Shown: positions 1 through 10,805 of the stretch, in pieces | How positions within the stretch are numbered: position 1 is the first letter of the stretch | Layout: each line of letters starts with the position of its first letter | Origin: Amoebophrya sp. A120 | Lineage: Eukaryota; Protista; Dinoflagellata | Assembly (NCBI GenBank): GCA_905178155.1 | Contig: CAJINV010000010.1 | Span: 2,872,587 to 2,936,586, forward strand | DNA: 64,000 nt | Reading direction: 5' to 3' | Notes under the pieces: generated by a model | Database searches by the model: none | Seen by the model: only the letters and a program-made list of their open reading frames with translations | Told to the model about the DNA's origin: nothing | Translations under genes and position numbers: made by a program

Positions 1-139
1 CACTAGGTTAAAACCAAGCCACAAGAACTTCTCCAGTGTGAAGTGCGCAGTTCTAATTTTACATTCGATTTTCGACTGCGACTTTCGCTACATTCGGAGT
101 TCTTGGTTTCAACGTCTAGTTGTACAACTCTAGCCCTTC

Positions 140-3100
140 TCACAACCCGTCCTCCGAGAACCGCATCTCCCGTGGTTGTTTATTTCTCTGGTTGCTTCGG
201 TTGGAAGACGGGACTGGTTCTCCTCCCTTTGGTATCCTGTGGAAAAGTATCGTATTCGTAGTAATTGCATAAATGCATTCCAAGTTTCTTCCTCAAGGTG
301 AATCAGCATTACAAATTCAATTTGTAATGCTGGGCTAATTTGTAATGCAATTTATACTAGTACGATGCTTTTGCATTGCATATTTGGCGTCAGCCCGCTC
401 GGCGTGTTCATCATCGTCGACGGCATCAACCCGCCTGGCTGATTCGCACCAGCACCACCGTAGATACCACCCGTAGAAGTCCCCCGCTTGTTTTTGTTCT
501 GCCAGATGCAGACGCCAACCAGCAAGAAAACCGCGAAGGAAACCAGGGCGACGAAAAAGTTCCAGAGCGACCTGGTGCTGATGAGCGGGACAGACGGCCA
601 GTGGTTGGAGGAAGAGGTTGTAGATCTTCTCTTGTCGCTACTTGTACTACCGGTAGAAGCGATGTCAATATCGTCCTCCAGTGGCGCGCCGATTTGGTCG
701 TGGAACGGCGACGGCTTTTGCTCCTCTTGGGGTCGTTCTTGATCAGCTGGTGAAGCCCCGACCTCGTCTGGTTGGAGGGACGTGGCGGCCGTCTTCGTCT
801 TCCCGTGTCTTTTCTTTGAGACATTCTTCACGGTCTTCGTCGCACTGCTCTTCGTGTTGGTCACCACCGGAGCATCCGTCGTCGGCAGAGAGTCCTGCGC
901 CAATTCCTTCTCGTGCGGCTTCGGCGTCCAGTCCTTCGGGGCGAATTCCAAACCCCCCTCCGTGGCGAAGTACCAACCCCACGTGATTTCGTCCGGGAGG
1001 CCGAGGTGTCGGGCTTTCGGATGGTCCGCGAAGTTGAAGGGCTTGTCGTTTCCAACAACGGATGGCCCGTTGATCGCCAACACGTTCATGTCCGTGACCA
1101 TCTGACTGGAAACCACCTTGGAATCGCAGCACCCCACGAGATGCTTCATGCCGAACTCGTTCAAGTCCGGGCGGGAGCAGATGGCCTGGCCGTACCCGAT
1201 GTGTTGTTATGAATCGCAAAAGCATCGCGCTAGTAGAAATTGCATATACAAATTTTCTCAGCATGAAAAATTGAATTTGTCATGCTGTTTTACCTTGGAA
1301 AGCAAATTTGTCACGCATGACTGCAATTAGTACGAGTGCGATATTTTTGCAGTGCATAGTTGTTCCTCCCCGTTGATGATTTCCGTTTCCTTTGCCCGGC
1401 GCATCAGCTGCTTCATGTCCTATCATATGTAAAAACGTCCCCACCCGATACTAGTCAAGATGGGAATCTAGCAACACAGATCTCTAAGTTTTGGGCGCTG
1501 CGCATGACAAGTTTCCCGCTGCAGTGTAGTGCTGGTTGGCAAGGGAAGCCGCATGAGAAAGCCGCTTTCTCATCGTGTTTACAGCATTACAAAATCCCAA
1601 ATACGATTGGAAACGCCTGTCATGGGGATGCGCATCGCAAATGTTCCGGTCGTGGCAAATCTGCATGACAACTCTGGGGCGGGGACGTTTTTACTCAGGA
1701 TATGTCCTCGACAGAATTCACGTTCTTCTGCTGCTCCGCGAACACCCGGTAGCGGGGGTAGCGGATGTAGGTCTGCGGGTCGGGGGTTTGGCCGACGGCT
1801 TTTTGGGAAGAATCGAAGAAGGGTTCGTTGAAGCTGGCCCAGAAGGTTTGGTCTTGGAGGGTCGAGGTCATGTCGCGCCACTCCGAGGAGACGGGCGAGG
1901 TTTCCAGCACCATGAAGGTGAACGGAGCGAGGTGGGCTGAGAGGATTGATTTAGAGGATTTGGGTCGTTTGCTTGACAATAAGCATCAGAAATAAAAACT
2001 CGTAACCAGAGACAGAGCAAAAAAAAAAGAAACGTTGTCATGCGCGAACGTACATAAGACCGTAGTTCTGTCATGCACCATTAGCACATCAATTATACCT
2101 GGATCCGGCCGGTTCCGAAACAGTTCGTAGTCCAACAACATCCACTGCGAATTGTAGGCACCCGTCAAGATCGTGTTTTTCGGGTTCGAAAAGTGTCGCA
2201 TCCATTCAAAGCCGTTCTTCGCCAATCTGGTCGCGACCATGATGTGCACGTAATCCGGCACGTGCTTCTTCTCCCGGTTGACGTAAGCCGCCGTGCCCCA
2301 GTCCGGTCCAGACCCCCCGAGCGAGGTTTCCGCAATCCCCAATTGCGTCTCCTTCGTGATCATGAAGTCATCGGTAGAAGAAATGGCCCCCGGGTAGGAG
2401 GAAAAGGAGATCTGCTTCGCCTCGACCTCGCAGAAGGGGAAATCGTACACTTTCCACACACGGTTCATCTCGCTGAAATCTTCCCAGGAGGAATGTCAAA
2501 TGCAAATATGTCTGGGTCTGGAAGATTGCTAGATTTGTCATGCATGTTTTGTAATGGCCCATGATGCCTGTAATGCATGGTCCAGCATCTTCACAGGTTT
2601 TTCGATGGCTTCCTGATGCCTCTTCCGCATGCGAAATGCCTTCGCCGCGTAGCACAAACTGGGCTCCTCCTACTGGTCACGCAATACAGATTTTTTCAGA
2701 ATCCAAAGACAGCATCACAGGTTGCAACCATCCAGACGCAGACACATTTGCAATGCATACGGAATGCCCGAGGTAGATGTCATTGAATCTTCCCTGGTCA
2801 TCCTTGAGCAGTTTCGCGAGCGCGGAACAGCGACCCGGACGGTCTTCTCCCCGGGGGAAAAGCGGGTTTTGCAGTTGGGTGGAGGGCTGAAGTAGAGATT
2901 TGAAAGTACTTTGTATTGCGGACAACTGAAGCAGTAGCAGCAGCACTAGCAAGAATAAGAAACATCGCGCGAATTGCATTGCATGATAGGGGTCGGGTGT
3001 TCATCTGGTGCTTCTACAGCAACATTGCAACATATCACTTTACAAACGACTCTTCAAGAACAACGACCTGTCATGCAAAAGAAACAGTAAATCTAAAAAA

Positions 3101-4435
3101 TTATACCTGTTCGACAAAAGAACTCCCGCTTCTTGCGTACAATGCCTGCAAGTACTCCCCAATCGCACCGTCCGCGTTTAACCGCAGCAAGTCGCCCATC
3201 CGCAATTTCGGCTGTCCCTCCGGTACGACAGCGTTGTACCCGTTCAGAATGCCGTGCAGTTGCATGTGGATCAGGTAGGCCTGGTGGTTGTACCTGATAG
3301 TGATAGTAGTTTTCATGTGCAACTTCTTATATCTTATGTTCAAATTTGAATCAGAATCCTCGCAACTAGCACTCAACTCCCAATGGTGCACGACATCTTC
3401 CGCCCGTGATTCGAGATCGAGATTAGGCAGATAAAAATTTTGCAAAAACGTATCAACAAAAATCCAAAAAAGTACTTGCATTTCGCCTTTGTCTCCTCGT
3501 CCGCGTCTCTCAACGCGTCCACCGAGCAATCGTTTTGCGCCACATACGCGTCCTGCTGGGTCATGACTGCCAGTACCTCCTCACTCTTGTGCAAATCGTC
3601 CAAAATCCCGCTTTCCGCCTCCGTGTTGTACTGAAACTGCGCAATCTGCTCCATCATCAGCGCGCCCTCCAAGTACCCCGCGGCATACGCCTTCGTCATG
3701 TCCAGGGGCTTGGAGCCGACCAAATCGGTTTCGTCGCACTCGTCGGTTTTCACGGTTAAGTGGCTCCACCCGGTTTCCATCGCTTTGGGGTTGAAGCTCG
3801 CTTGTGCGAGAGGTTGGGACCCGGGGACCTTGGTGCTGGAAATCTCGATCGCATTATTGGCGGATTGGTGCGCGTACAGGGTGGTGGGGGTCTGTTTTGA
3901 AACGTGTTTGATGTTGGCTTAGGCTTTTTCTTTTTGTCATGCAAGTGCTTCACAATAACTTGCGTCAAGCTCCATAGTATCTGTAACTGTATCCACTGTG
4001 CGAAAAAAAGAGGAAAAATTGAACCGAAATCTTCATCTGTATCAACAGTACCGTGATTTGCGCTGGTCTTGTCCAGGTTGACGTGACTGCTGGAAAGGAT
4101 GATGCTGCAGAAGTTCCCGCCCCGGTGATTGCCTCGAGGGCGAGGAAAACTAAGGTTGCGAAGGTTGTTATCAAATGCAAATATGTCTGGGCCTGGAATA
4201 AACTTGTGATGCTAAAATGTGCATGATGGAAACACTTCCGAATGTAGCCCAGCATGACAACTTTTCGGAGCGCTTTCTCATAGGCAGTCCGCATGAGAAA
4301 CTACGTTTTTTCGTGACAAAAATGCGTACGGCTTTTGTCGGTTATGCAATACAGATTTTCCAGGAATGTAAAGCTAGCATTACAAGTTCCAACTTTCCAG
4401 ACCCAGACATTTTTGCAATCCATAGTTGTTTTCAT
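140..4435 (-). CDS. Phospholipase B-like (Ntn-hydrolase) protein, 10 exons, N-terminal signal peptide and C-terminal TM helix
   Basis: Manual splicing gives MKTTFATLVFLALEA...GWSHLTV...AYAAGYLEG...GRCSAL...DIYLGHSSWEDF...ISFSSYPGAISSTDDF...GAYNSQWMLLDY...AICSRPDLN...GCCDSKV, a TM helix, and a stop at 140-142. GT-AG introns at 1937-2098, 2887-3106, 3294-3475, 3892-4051, plus five TIR elements. Confidence 0.9.
233..382. mobile_element. Introner/MITE family B
   Basis: Ends TATCCTGTGGAAAAGTATCGTA / TACGATGCTTTTGCATTGCATA; flanking repeat TTTGG; removal gives GLTPKGGEP. Confidence 0.9.
1208..1358. mobile_element. Introner family B
   Basis: TIR, repeat GTTGT; removal gives GEEQHIGYGQAICSRPDLN. 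Confidence 0.9.
1421..1702. mobile_element. Introner family C
   Basis: TIR TATC...GTAAAAACGTCCCC, repeat TGTCC; removal gives NSVEDMKQLMR. Confidence 0.9.
2494..2759. mobile_element. Introner family A
   Basis: TIR containing TGTCTGGGTCTGGAAG; repeat AGGAA/CGGAA; removing 271 nt gives DIYLGHSSWEDF. Confidence 0.9.
4169..4424. mobile_element. Introner family A
   Basis: TIR, repeat GTTGT; lies in codons 3-4 of the gene (MKTTF). Confidence 0.9.
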
Positions 4436-5898
4436 GGTTTGATTGTTTTTTTTTTTTGAAGATGGAGGTAATGGTGAATTTTTTGATGCGAAAATGTATG
4501 GTTTTACATTTACAGAACAGTGCTTCTGAAGAGCTCTATTAAATTGGAAAGCTCAGCTCGTAGAAGCTCAAAAATGAAAGCACAAGAAGTACAAGTAGTA
4601 CAGTGGAGTTCCTTCAGAAGACGACAAAAATGGTTTTTGGGGAAACAATTTTTGACAGGGGGGTGTCGCTTCAGGTCGCTGCTTTGTGGTAGAAGAAGAA
4701 GAGATAGTCATGTAGTGCGTGGTCGTAGCTATACATTTTCGATTTGTTGCATACTTACATACCGGCTCATTAAATTGCTTATGCTTGTTTCACATATCGA
4801 GCTTATCGACAAATAGTTTCAGCGAAATTTCTTCTGACTCCAGTTTGATAGTCATCTCTGTCTACTCGCTGACCGCAACTCGTTTGACGTCGTGATGTCG
4901 AGTCTAGTGCTTCTTCGTACGATTTCCGAAGTCCTCTGGTCTCGACCGACACGAGCGAGGTTGATTTGAATTTGTACGACGAGACAGGGTGGACGACGCC
5001 GAGCGTTTATTGTCTAGTCGAGGACGTTCTACTACCGAGATGGAGCTTGAAGGCGAACGAAAAATGAAACACCGACTGATGGTGACTGTTATTGCCGGCG
5101 CACGATGAATAAGTTGTAGCCGTGGTATATGCATAAATCTACTATGTGCGGCGCTTTTTATTTTGTTCCTAGGAGCGACCGATTGTTCTTGATTTGAAGC
5201 ATGGACCGATGAAAGATAAGTAGTAGAAGACACGCCAGGTTTGCTGCAACTACTGATGGCAAGAACGATATTAGCAACGATAAAAGGAAAATCGAAAGAG
5301 CTGCGCGAAAAAAGCACCCAATCACCCGCACAAGGTGACCGTGATGCCCTACTTGTTCCTGTATCAAAGAAGCGATACTCAAGCACTACATAAACGCTCT
5401 TCAGTACTTTGTAAGCAAGAAAACCAACTACACCTGCCGAACAATCAATTCATCATTTACAACTGCTCTGGGACGCGACGTCCAGCAACAGACGCGGCCC
5501 CCTTGACCGGGGAAAGGCTGGAATTTTTTGCCGATTCGGGCGAAAAAAGACGGGCGTCCGCCCTGATCAAAGCGCGCAAAGTCAAAAATGTCTCAGCTTC
5601 CTTCGAAAAACCTACGTCTCCTGGTTTTATAGGAGCTTGGCGCTGAAGATTTACCTTTACGACCATTCTCAAATCTGTAAAATGCAAACTTAGTTGGTCT
5701 TTTTTGGAAGAGAAAACTTAGATGCAACGCGATCCCTGGTATGGTCATGACAGTGAAAAACAAAAACCAGTACACAGACAGTGAAAAGCAAAAAACTGAA
5801 ACAACACATAGACACCATCTGGAACGAAAGAAGAAGTGTGTTCGTGTTTTGCAAAAATTGCTAGTTACTTACAGTGCCTCCTATGGCTTTGCCATTTC

Positions 5899-6805
5899 TT
5901 AGTTAGTTATCCACTTCTGTACGACCAGGGGCTCCGTTCCTGGAGGAAGGTCCTCGCTTCCATACAAAAAGTCGAGGGCCAATTGTTCCCCCAACATTAC
6001 CCAATCCCTGTCGGTGGACAGCATCAATTGCTTGCTTTGGTTATACTTGAAAAACGTTTCCAAGCGGCCCTGCAGCCAAACGAGTAGACTCTTCTGCGCT
6101 CTCTGTCGGACATTTGGCGCTTTCCCGGGTTTGGTCCGTGCGTCCAGGACATCTAGGTGCTTTTCGATCCGGCGACACTGTTCTTCAAGCAGATTCTGGA
6201 TGTCCGCCTGCCAGGATCTCCCACGCTTCTGCCCACCAACACGAATCGCGTTCATGTCGTTCTTCAGCCCGCGCAGAAGCTGCAAGCCCAATACATTACG
6301 CGCTGCGACGGCCTTCAGCTTCCCATTAACAAAAACAGAGATGCGCTCAACCTCTTCCGCCTTTTCTTCTTTCAGCAGTCTCTCTTCTGTGACAAGTTGC
6401 AACTCTTGCCGAAGCTTCGCCAACTTCGCCAGACTTCTCTGCACCTCCGGGCCCGCCCTCGACTTGCAGCAGGGCAACGCCCCCAACAAACCGGCCCGGC
6501 ACGGCTGCTGGCACTTCGCATCTTCCTCCGCCGCCTCAGCCATTAACATCCTCTCTTTTGCGAATACGTCATACAGCTCCCTGCGAGCGGCACGAGCGAC
6601 ACTATTTCTTCGCCAGATCAAAATCAGTTCTGCGGGATGGACATCAGTAGATTCAAGTCCGGCCAACTCAGAAGAGTCCTTCCGAAAAATATCCACCTTT
6701 TTGGCTATCTTTTCAAATTTTGGCGAGTTCATTTCCCGGCGCCCTCTTCGATTATCGGGTAGCGCCTCTCCGGTGGCGGCTGCGCTTACGCCTGTGCAAG
6801 CGCGC
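5899..6805 (-). CDS. Hypothetical coiled-coil-rich coding segment, possibly a downstream exon of the 7495-9708 gene
   Basis: 277-aa ORF whose frame stays open upstream to a TAG near 6806; no recognisable domain. Confidence 0.5.
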
Positions 6806-7049
6806 TAAGCCAGGCTGTTCCATTTCTGCCCCGAGCCCGGGGTAGAAACGCAAGCCAAGCGCCCCATTGTAAGAAAAAAACCAAGAACCAAGCGCACCCC
6901 CCAACCCTATGCATGAGGCCATGGACCCTGGGTGCGCCCCTGCTTGCACAGGTAATGGAAGGCTTATCAAAATCCATCACACAACGGAGAGCAGAGTAAG
7001 ATAACAAGAGCAACCTCTTTGGACTGACACCTCAGCAAACAGGTAGTCA

Positions 7050-7640
7050 AAACTTGAAAAGATGTTTCCTTTTGCGTTGTTGCGGTTGTGGTCGAAATTT
7101 GAAATCGACATCTTTTCAAAGTTTGAAGAGCTGTGGGCGCCCACTTATCAAAATTTGAAAAGATGCCGAAAGAGCATCAGTCTTTTCAAACTTTGATAGC
7201 TTCCAAACCTGAAAAGATGAGCCCTGTGTGTGGCTGCATCTTTTCAACTTATTTCTCGGACGATTGGCGATTGCTTGCATTCTCCAGTGCCTGTTCTTCC
7301 TTCACCTTCTGCATTTTGTGGAGATGTGCCTCGCAACACATACAGCGCCCCGCCAAGAGCCCGCAAAACCAAAAACGCGCCCCGGAAATAGATGCGCCAA
7401 GCAGTCTTGCAAGTTAGGATCTGCGGGCGGGCTGGTCGGGCCCGCGCTGCGAAAGGTTGCCAAATTTCGACAAGATGCTGAAGAAGGCATCTCTTCAAAT
7501 TTTAACAGCTGCTGCCAGGCAGGAGTTGTTTTCTTGTTCGGCCGCGGACGCGACTTCGGTTTTGGGGTTTTGCGATGGGCTGTATGTATGCAAATGCAAC
7601 GAAATGGCGGCAGACCGATAGGGGGAATTTTGAAAAGATG
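7050..7640. repeat. Cluster of CATCTTTTCAAA motifs in alternating orientation, including a hairpin at 7109-7165
   Basis: CATCTTTTCAAAGTTTGA...GTGGGCGCCCAC...TCAAAATTTGAAAAGATG; further copies near 7056, 7181, 7210, 7238, 7489, 7630. Confidence 0.7.
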
Positions 7641-9708
7641 GGCGTAGAGATGGATTTTTTAGGGCATAGGCATCGGAATCAGGCTCCCCCACGTCAGCAA
7701 GATCCTTTTCGTCGCCATCCTTGCCGAGTGGCTCTCCCCTCGCAGCTCGCTGAGAATACGCCTCGAAAAGCGTTTCTTCATATTGCGCTTGGTCTTTTTT
7801 CCACTCCTTTTCCCAGCGGTCCCTAATCAAGCTCATGACGCGATTGAGGTCGTAGGACCTAAGATGCTCTATCGAGAATTTCACCAAATCCTCTGCCGCA
7901 TCCACACCCGCCAAGAGCGCCATCTGGTGCACGCGCCAGTCGTGAAGCTGACTCTCCGGCGAGGCTTTATGCTGCAGCATTTCTTCCAGTTGTTTCGCTG
8001 AGGCCGTTTCAGTGCTCGCGATGAAGTTGCGCAACACTGTAGCCGCTCTTTCCCCACTTCGGCCACTAACACCAAGTTGCAGAAGGGGGGTGAGATATGT
8101 GAACACATACCGACTCGCTTGGGGCGAACCACACTTCGTCGCGATGCTTTCGAGCTCGTCTGGGGCCGCCGGCGCTCCCGTTCTTGAAAGGGCACTTGAG
8201 GATCTCTCGGTCATCTTCCCGTCATCTGCTCTTAAACTTTCGGGCTCAAACTGGCACAGCGCCACCAGGTACGGCCGCAACTCCTCGAAGCGCTGGCTCG
8301 ACGGAGGTTGTGCCGCTGCTTGTTGATGACCCGGCGCAGATGAACCTTTGTGCCGCTTCATCTGTAGTTCCGCCCGCCGCATCGCCGCGGCCCTCGCCAT
8401 GTCCATCGGAGTGGCTAATAACATCCCGAAAGCACTTGCACTGCCGACTGGATTCACAATGTCGTCCCCCAGCTGCTCAAGCCTCTCGGCCTGGTTTCGT
8501 TTCCTCTCCTTTTCGAACAGTTTTTCCAGCAATTCGTCCGTTTCGCCCGCTTCTCTGGCCAGAAGCGCAGCTTGAGCCCACACCTGCGCGCCACCTCTCT
8601 TAGCTGCTTGCGTCTTCTTGCGTCTAGCGAGAACACCACGACCCGACGAAGCACGACGCCCCTGCCGTTGGTTAGCCGAGTCGCTCATCGACCCGCCCGT
8701 CGAGTAGGAAGATGCTGGTGACCCAACATCGCTCTCACTCTGGCCGTTATCTTCGCCCGCACCCGCGGTCAGCAGGTCGAATCGGCTCGACTGCTGGTTG
8801 TGGCCCCCGCTACTGCCGCTGCCAGCTATGCTCGCCTGACGCTGCGCCGCTTGCTGCTTCTGCTTAACATACGGGCGAATTTGTTCGCGGAAGAGGTCCC
8901 TCGCCTGCTTGACACGCGACAACGTCTTTTCTATCATCGGCATGAGAGGTTCCTCTCCTGCTTCCGTGACGCCGACGTCCTCGCTTCCGCAGAAAACTTT
9001 CTCTGCTTCGCTGTGCCCTCTGTACTGCTTCTTTGCTTCTTCGCTTGCTGCTCGGAGGTGGCCGTACAGAGTCTCGGTGCACTTGCGATTCCAAAAATTT
9101 TGTCGCGCCCGTAAGCAGCGGCTACCCGCGAAGAAAGCCTGAATAATGGACTGGCCCTTGGGGAACCCAAAGGCCGGCCAGAAAAGCGTCTCCATCCTCA
9201 AATCGGTCTCTGCGGTGATGGGACCTCCGCGATCCAATTGCTCAATAAGCCGTTGCACAACATTATGTTCGTCGTGCAAGTTGCTCCGGATCTTCCCCGC
9301 AAGCAGTCCCAGAACATCCTTCTGCTGTTTCAAGCTGTAGCGCTCGTTTCCCGTGGTCTTCGAGCGCGTTCCCGCAGGTTCCTCGGAAAAAGGGATTTCT
9401 CGGGCAGCAGGAACCGTATTCATCATCTTTCGCAGCGCCCCGTCCCAACTTTCGCTCCCATTGTGACACTCAATTTGGACCAGTGCCGCGTCGTGGTAGC
9501 ACCTAACTTTTTTCTGTAACACCTCTTTCAGATTCTGTATCTCTTCTTTCGTCAATACCGCTTTTTGTGCATTCAGATTCACTTTTTTCTCGCCGCCGCC
9601 CCGGCCCTTTCGACCTCCTCGTGCAGCTTCACCAACACCAGAAAAGAAAACACTCTGCGCAAGAACAAATGTCAGACGAAACGCGGATGCATTCGTCATG
9701 CTCGCCAT
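7495..9708 (-). CDS. Hypothetical 737-aa protein with signal-peptide-like N-terminus, uninterrupted ORF
   Basis: Long ORF with hydrophobic start (FRLTFVLAQSVFFSGVGEA); true 3' end uncertain. Confidence 0.7.
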   Translation of the reverse strand: MASMTNASAFRLTFVLAQSVFFSGVGEAARGGRKGRGGGEKKVNLNAQKAVLTKEEIQNLKEVLQKKVRCYHDAALVQIECHNGSESWDGALRKMMNTVPAAREIPFSEEPAGTRSKTTGNERYSLKQQKDVLGLLAGKIRSNLHDEHNVVQRLIEQLDRGGPITAETDLRMETLFWPAFGFPKGQSIIQAFFAGSRCLRARQNFWNRKCTETLYGHLRAASEEAKKQYRGHSEAEKVFCGSEDVGVTEAGEEPLMPMIEKTLSRVKQARDLFREQIRPYVKQKQQAAQRQASIAGSGSSGGHNQQSSRFDLLTAGAGEDNGQSESDVGSPASSYSTGGSMSDSANQRQGRRASSGRGVLARRKKTQAAKRGGAQVWAQAALLAREAGETDELLEKLFEKERKRNQAERLEQLGDDIVNPVGSASAFGMLLATPMDMARAAAMRRAELQMKRHKGSSAPGHQQAAAQPPSSQRFEELRPYLVALCQFEPESLRADDGKMTERSSSALSRTGAPAAPDELESIATKCGSPQASRYVFTYLTPLLQLGVSGRSGERAATVLRNFIASTETASAKQLEEMLQHKASPESQLHDWRVHQMALLAGVDAAEDLVKFSIEHLRSYDLNRVMSLIRDRWEKEWKKDQAQYEETLFEAYSQRAARGEPLGKDGDEKDLADVGEPDSDAYALKNPSLRPSFQNSPYRSAAISLHLHTYSPSQNPKTEVASAAEQENNSCLAAAVKI

Positions 9709-10805
9709 GATTTCAACACTTTATAAATATGTTAGTGATTTTGAAGTAGTTGGATATCTTCGCATATAAAGCACTTGGACCAGTAGTTGTTGTACTGTCA
9801 AATTTTAAGACGTACAAAATAAATTGTTCAGTTGTTGATGGCTTCAGACGAAGATATACACCTGGTGCTTCAAACTTTTTTCAAAATTCCAAGTGCTTCG
9901 CGAAATAAAGAAAATTCGAAATAGTACCACCTTGGTATTTTCGGTTTTGAAAATGGAATCCCCGAAATAAGGAGGCCTCTAAATCTAAAGAAGTAATGAT
10001 GAAAGCTCTTCACAAAAAGTTCAGGTGGACAGCATAGGGACCAGCGCTGCAATAATTATTCCGCTGAACAAATAAAAATGTCTTCATATCAAGTTCTTGC
10101 TTCCTGCTTCTTCTTCATGAGATCGTCGATAGCAGTGGTACATAAATGCTATTTTTTACCGATTGTTTATTTTCCCGATACAATATACCGAGATGGGCAA
10201 GTGCTGTTCAACTCCCTTAATAAATCATTTATTAAGGGAGTAATAACAAACTGTAGACCAAACCGATACAACAACCTCAATGACAAAACCAACAGACACT
10301 CGCCTGCGGCCATGAAGAGCAGGAGTGCGCCAAAAACCGATCATGATCTTTGTTGTACGAAATATAATTATTCCTCTGTGGAATCAATTGAAAAGTAAGT
10401 ACTATGCTAGAAGAACAAAAATCCACATGCACATCCAGATGGTTTTTTCATCAGAAAGGAGCGACGTTGTGTAGTTCGTAGCTCTCGTAGTTTTCTTGGA
10501 AATAATGTCGTACTTCGCTGGAGCCTGTTTCATCCCGGTTGTAGTGTTGCTCCTCACTTTTCCTCCTCTTCGTCTTCAATCCCCAGCGACTGATTGGTCT
10601 CCTTGCGATTCCTCCCTTATGCGAGGAGAGATTCAGCTCACCGGCGCACACTATGTAGTTGTTATGCAAGACACAGAACTACAACAAGCGGAAGTACAAG
10701 CATCCATACTTTTATTTCATGCAATGGAATAAAATAACGCATGGAAAACTCATCAAATACTCAAAGTTTCGGTACATAATCGCGGTGAGTTGTTGAATCT
10801 CATTC

